NCBI GenBank assembly: GCA_036264415.1
Contig: DATAQZ010000058.1
Location: 5,793 to 69,792 of the forward strand
Source of the DNA: Rhizomicrobium sp.
Lineage (GTDB): Bacteria; Pseudomonadota; Alphaproteobacteria; Micropepsales; Micropepsaceae
Direction: 5' to 3'
Length of the DNA stretch: 64,000 bases
Position numbers and translations under genes: made by a program. Of this stretch, positions 63,171 through 64,000 are shown piece after piece. Under the pieces are notes generated by a model. It ran no database searches, was not told the origin of the DNA, and saw only the letters and a list, made by a program, of their open reading frames with translations. The stretch's first letter is position 1. Every line of letters begins with the position of its first letter.

Positions 63171-64000
63171 ATGCCGCTGGCAAATTACCTTTTCACGAGC
63201 GAGAGCGTGGCCGAAGGCCATCCGGACAAAGTTTGCGATCGCATTTCCGATGAAATCGTCGATCTTTTTTTTCGCGAAGGTCCGGGCCTCGGATTTGAAG
63301 CGAAGGATTTGCGCGTTGCCTGCGAAACCATGGCGACCACAAACCGGGTGATCATCGCGGGCGAAACGCGCGGTCCCAAGGGGATCTCCTGCACAATGAT
63401 CGAGGACGCCGCGCGCAAGGCGATCCACGACATCGGCTACGAGCAGGAAGGATTTCATTGGCGCAAGGCCGGCATCGAGGTCCTGCTTCACGCGCAATCG
63501 CCGCACATCGCGCAGGGCGTCGACGCGTCGGGCAACAAGGACGAAGGCGCGGGCGACCAGGGCATCATGTTCGGCTATGCGTGCCGTGAAACGCCGGAAC
63601 TTATGCCAGCCCCGATTCTCTACAGCCACAAGATCCTGCGGCTGATGGCGGAAGCGCGCAGATCGGGACGCGAGCCGAAGCTTGGCCCGGACGCCAAAAG
63701 CCAGGTGACGCTGCATTACGAGAATGGTGTGCCCGTCGAAGCGGTACAGATTGTTCTTTCGACGCAGCACATGGACGAGACGATGACCTCCGAGGATGTG
63801 CGCGAGGTCATCGAACCTTATGTGCGGCGCGCACTGCCGAAGGACTGGATCAGCGAAAGGACAGTCTGGCACGTCAATCCCACCGGCGCATTCGTCATCG
63901 GTGGCCCCGACGGCGATTGTGGGCTTACCGGACGAAAGATCATTGTCGACACTTACGGCGGTGCCGCGCCGCATGGCGGCGGCGCGTTCTCCGGCAAGGA
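63171..64000 (+). CDS. metK: S-adenosylmethionine synthetase (3' end beyond window)
   Basis: Open frame to the window edge. Starts [27 protein letters not shown] and contains [12 protein letters not shown] and [17 protein letters not shown]. Confidence 0.9.
   Translation, partial: MPLANYLFTSESVAEGHPDKVCDRISDEIVDLFFREGPGLGFEAKDLRVACETMATTNRVIIAGETRGPKGISCTMIEDAARKAIHDIGYEQEGFHWRKAGIEVLLHAQSPHIAQGVDASGNKDEGAGDQGIMFGYACRETPELMPAPILYSHKILRLMAEARRSGREPKLGPDAKSQVTLHYENGVPVEAVQIVLSTQHMDETMTSEDVREVIEPYVRRALPKDWISERTVWHVNPTGAFVIGGPDGDCGLTGRKIIVDTYGGAAPHGGGAFSGK

Overview
This is a 64-kb window of high-GC chromosomal DNA, almost certainly from an alphaproteobacterium. It carries a complete PhyR-NepR-EcfG general stress response (GSR) locus, a RegB/RegA redox two-component pair and an HfaA/HfaB/HfaD-type operon. 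Gene content is mostly core and metabolic: fmt-def and rmuC; a four-gene branched-chain 2-oxoacid dehydrogenase operon; efp/epmA; korAB with a fused GltD-like/ferredoxin gene; acyl-CoA enzymes; an OPT transporter; a large TonB-dependent receptor; an RND pump; typA, folD, hslVU and the 5' part of metK; and two tRNAs (Arg-CCG, Ala-CGC). I saw no rRNA, CRISPR array, transposase, integrase or phage genes. The intergenic DNA is unusually rich in structured repeats. There are four copies of an approximately 80-85 bp palindromic MITE-like element, five copies of an approximately 90-100 bp long palindromic element, and many short hairpins with a conserved loop and covarying stems. The points most worth a second look are: (1) two paralogous uncharacterised diiron proteins that each carry the same perfect palindrome TGACGC-N2-GCGTCA at the same offset from a CTTG motif; (2) a frameshifted small GIY-YIG nuclease gene embedded between hairpin repeats; (3) five EcfG-type promoter motifs packed into the GSR locus, one followed by a C-rich non-coding stretch (a GsrN-like sRNA candidate); (4) a visibly low-GC orphan gene between the bkd operon and an MFS gene; (5) an orphan antitoxin-like gene whose stop codon lies inside a MITE-like copy. 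I found no clear novel multi-gene system such as a defence island. All functional calls rest on motif recognition by eye, because no database search could be run. Start codons are best guesses checked against the ORF-track frames.
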